64,000 nucleotides of DNA from Lama guanicoe (taxonomy: Eukaryota): the NCBI GenBank assembly GCA_013239625.1, contig MU053557.1, positions 1,185,063-1,249,062 on the forward strand, written 5' to 3'. Shown here in pieces: positions 63,187-64,000 of this stretch; within the stretch, counting starts at the first letter, position 1; each line of letters opens with the position of its first letter. The position numbers and the translations under genes were made by a program. Under the pieces are notes generated by a model. It was not told where the DNA came from and did not search any database. It worked only from the letters and a program-made list of their open reading frames with translations.

Positions 63187-63297
63187 TAGTGTTGTCAGAC
63201 ATAGCAAATACAAATACAGCACACCCAGTTAAATCTGAATTTCAGATGAAAAACAAATTTTTCTTTTTTAATGTAAGTACCATCTATGCAATATTTG
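63187..63297. mobile_element. MER53 DNA transposon, one arm only
   Basis: 'gttgtcagacatagcaaatacaaatacagcacacccagttaaatctgaatttcagat..atgcaatatttg' matches the first half of MER53. Confidence 0.85.
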
Positions 63298-63399
63298 TAG
63301 TAGTGATACTGGAACTATTATATCAAGCAATTTAGTCAAGGCTTTCATTGAGTTTATATATATATATATCAGTTGTGTTATGCTTGACAGCTTTCATAA

Positions 63400-63620
63400 T
63401 GTTTCAGTCTTCATGGGAATCTAATGAGTGGGATCTGGCTTCCATTGCATCCTAGCGATGTTGTCTTATGTAAATTCCCTAAATTCTTTGTGCTATAGCT
63501 TTATTATCTATAAAATAGAAAAATAATAGCTCCTGCCTCCTGGGGTGATGGAGAATTAAGTGCCATATAATATACAAATGTTATATTTAGGGCAGAGAGT
63601 AAACTCTCAATAAATAACAG
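63400..63620 (+). mobile_element. MIR SINE
   Basis: 'tatctataaaatagaaaaataatagctcctgcctcctggggtgatggagaattaa..ctcaataaat'. Confidence 0.7.
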
Positions 63621-64000
63621 GTATAGGGTATGAAGACGCTATGCAGCTACTCACACAGGCCATTGAAATTTTCTGTAATAATTCACTTCTCTTGCTCAGT
63701 GCGATATGGGGACCCAAAAAATCGATGCTTAATGAGGGAACCTTTGATGAGTACTGAATTATTCATGCCACAAATAGTTACTTAGGGCTCACTTAGTACA
63801 CAGCAAGCAAGACTAGCTGTTGGTGATAGGGGTCAGCTGTGTACCCTGTCTCTGCTCTCAAATAGCTTTGGTTCATGTGGAACACAAAACAGTGGAGGGG
63901 ATCTGTGAAAAGACAGCCTGTGCTTGTGGAATTGAAATATGTCGGTCGGAGATGAGTTCATATGAACCTTCACAGAGTTTCTCCAGATAAAATGAAAACT

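Noticed and set aside
1..64000. About 15 AP-1 (TGASTCA) sites; prokaryote-type systems (CRISPR, operons); tRNA, rRNA, snRNA or NUMT
   Set aside because: The AP-1 count is only modestly above rough chance expectation and the sites are dispersed. No repeat-spacer array, gene-dense region, structured RNA gene or mitochondrial fragment was recognised.

Overview
Mammalian genomic DNA, AT-rich and CpG-depleted, with no recognisable protein-coding exon, RNA gene or CpG island. It is either the interior of a long intron or intergenic. Much of it is decayed interspersed repeat: MIR, L2, MLT1/MLT2/LTR16 LTRs, MER5/MER53 DNA transposons and L1s of several ages. The youngest L1 3' ends are of cetartiodactyl type and resemble camelid L1s as I recall them. 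I see no Alu, Bov-tA/BovB, PRE-1, CHR-2 or SINEC elements, so camel/alpaca is my best guess. The ORF track is noise or broken L1 ORF2. I found no demonstrable novel gene system. Best leads: (1) an orphan ~270-bp insert with a 3' hairpin and A-rich tail inside an L1 ORF2 (56917-57187), possibly a retro-copied cellular or viral RNA; (2) two L1s that keep their 5' tip but jump straight into ORF1 or ORF2, like spliced L1 copies; (3) a recursive-splice-type AG|GTAAGT at 2861-2868; (4) two candidate spliced micro-ORFs, one across a 96-nt intron at 15385-15480 and one as a minus-strand exon chain 46067->36801->16299. Repeat boundaries are approximate and subfamily names are from memory, not from a search.
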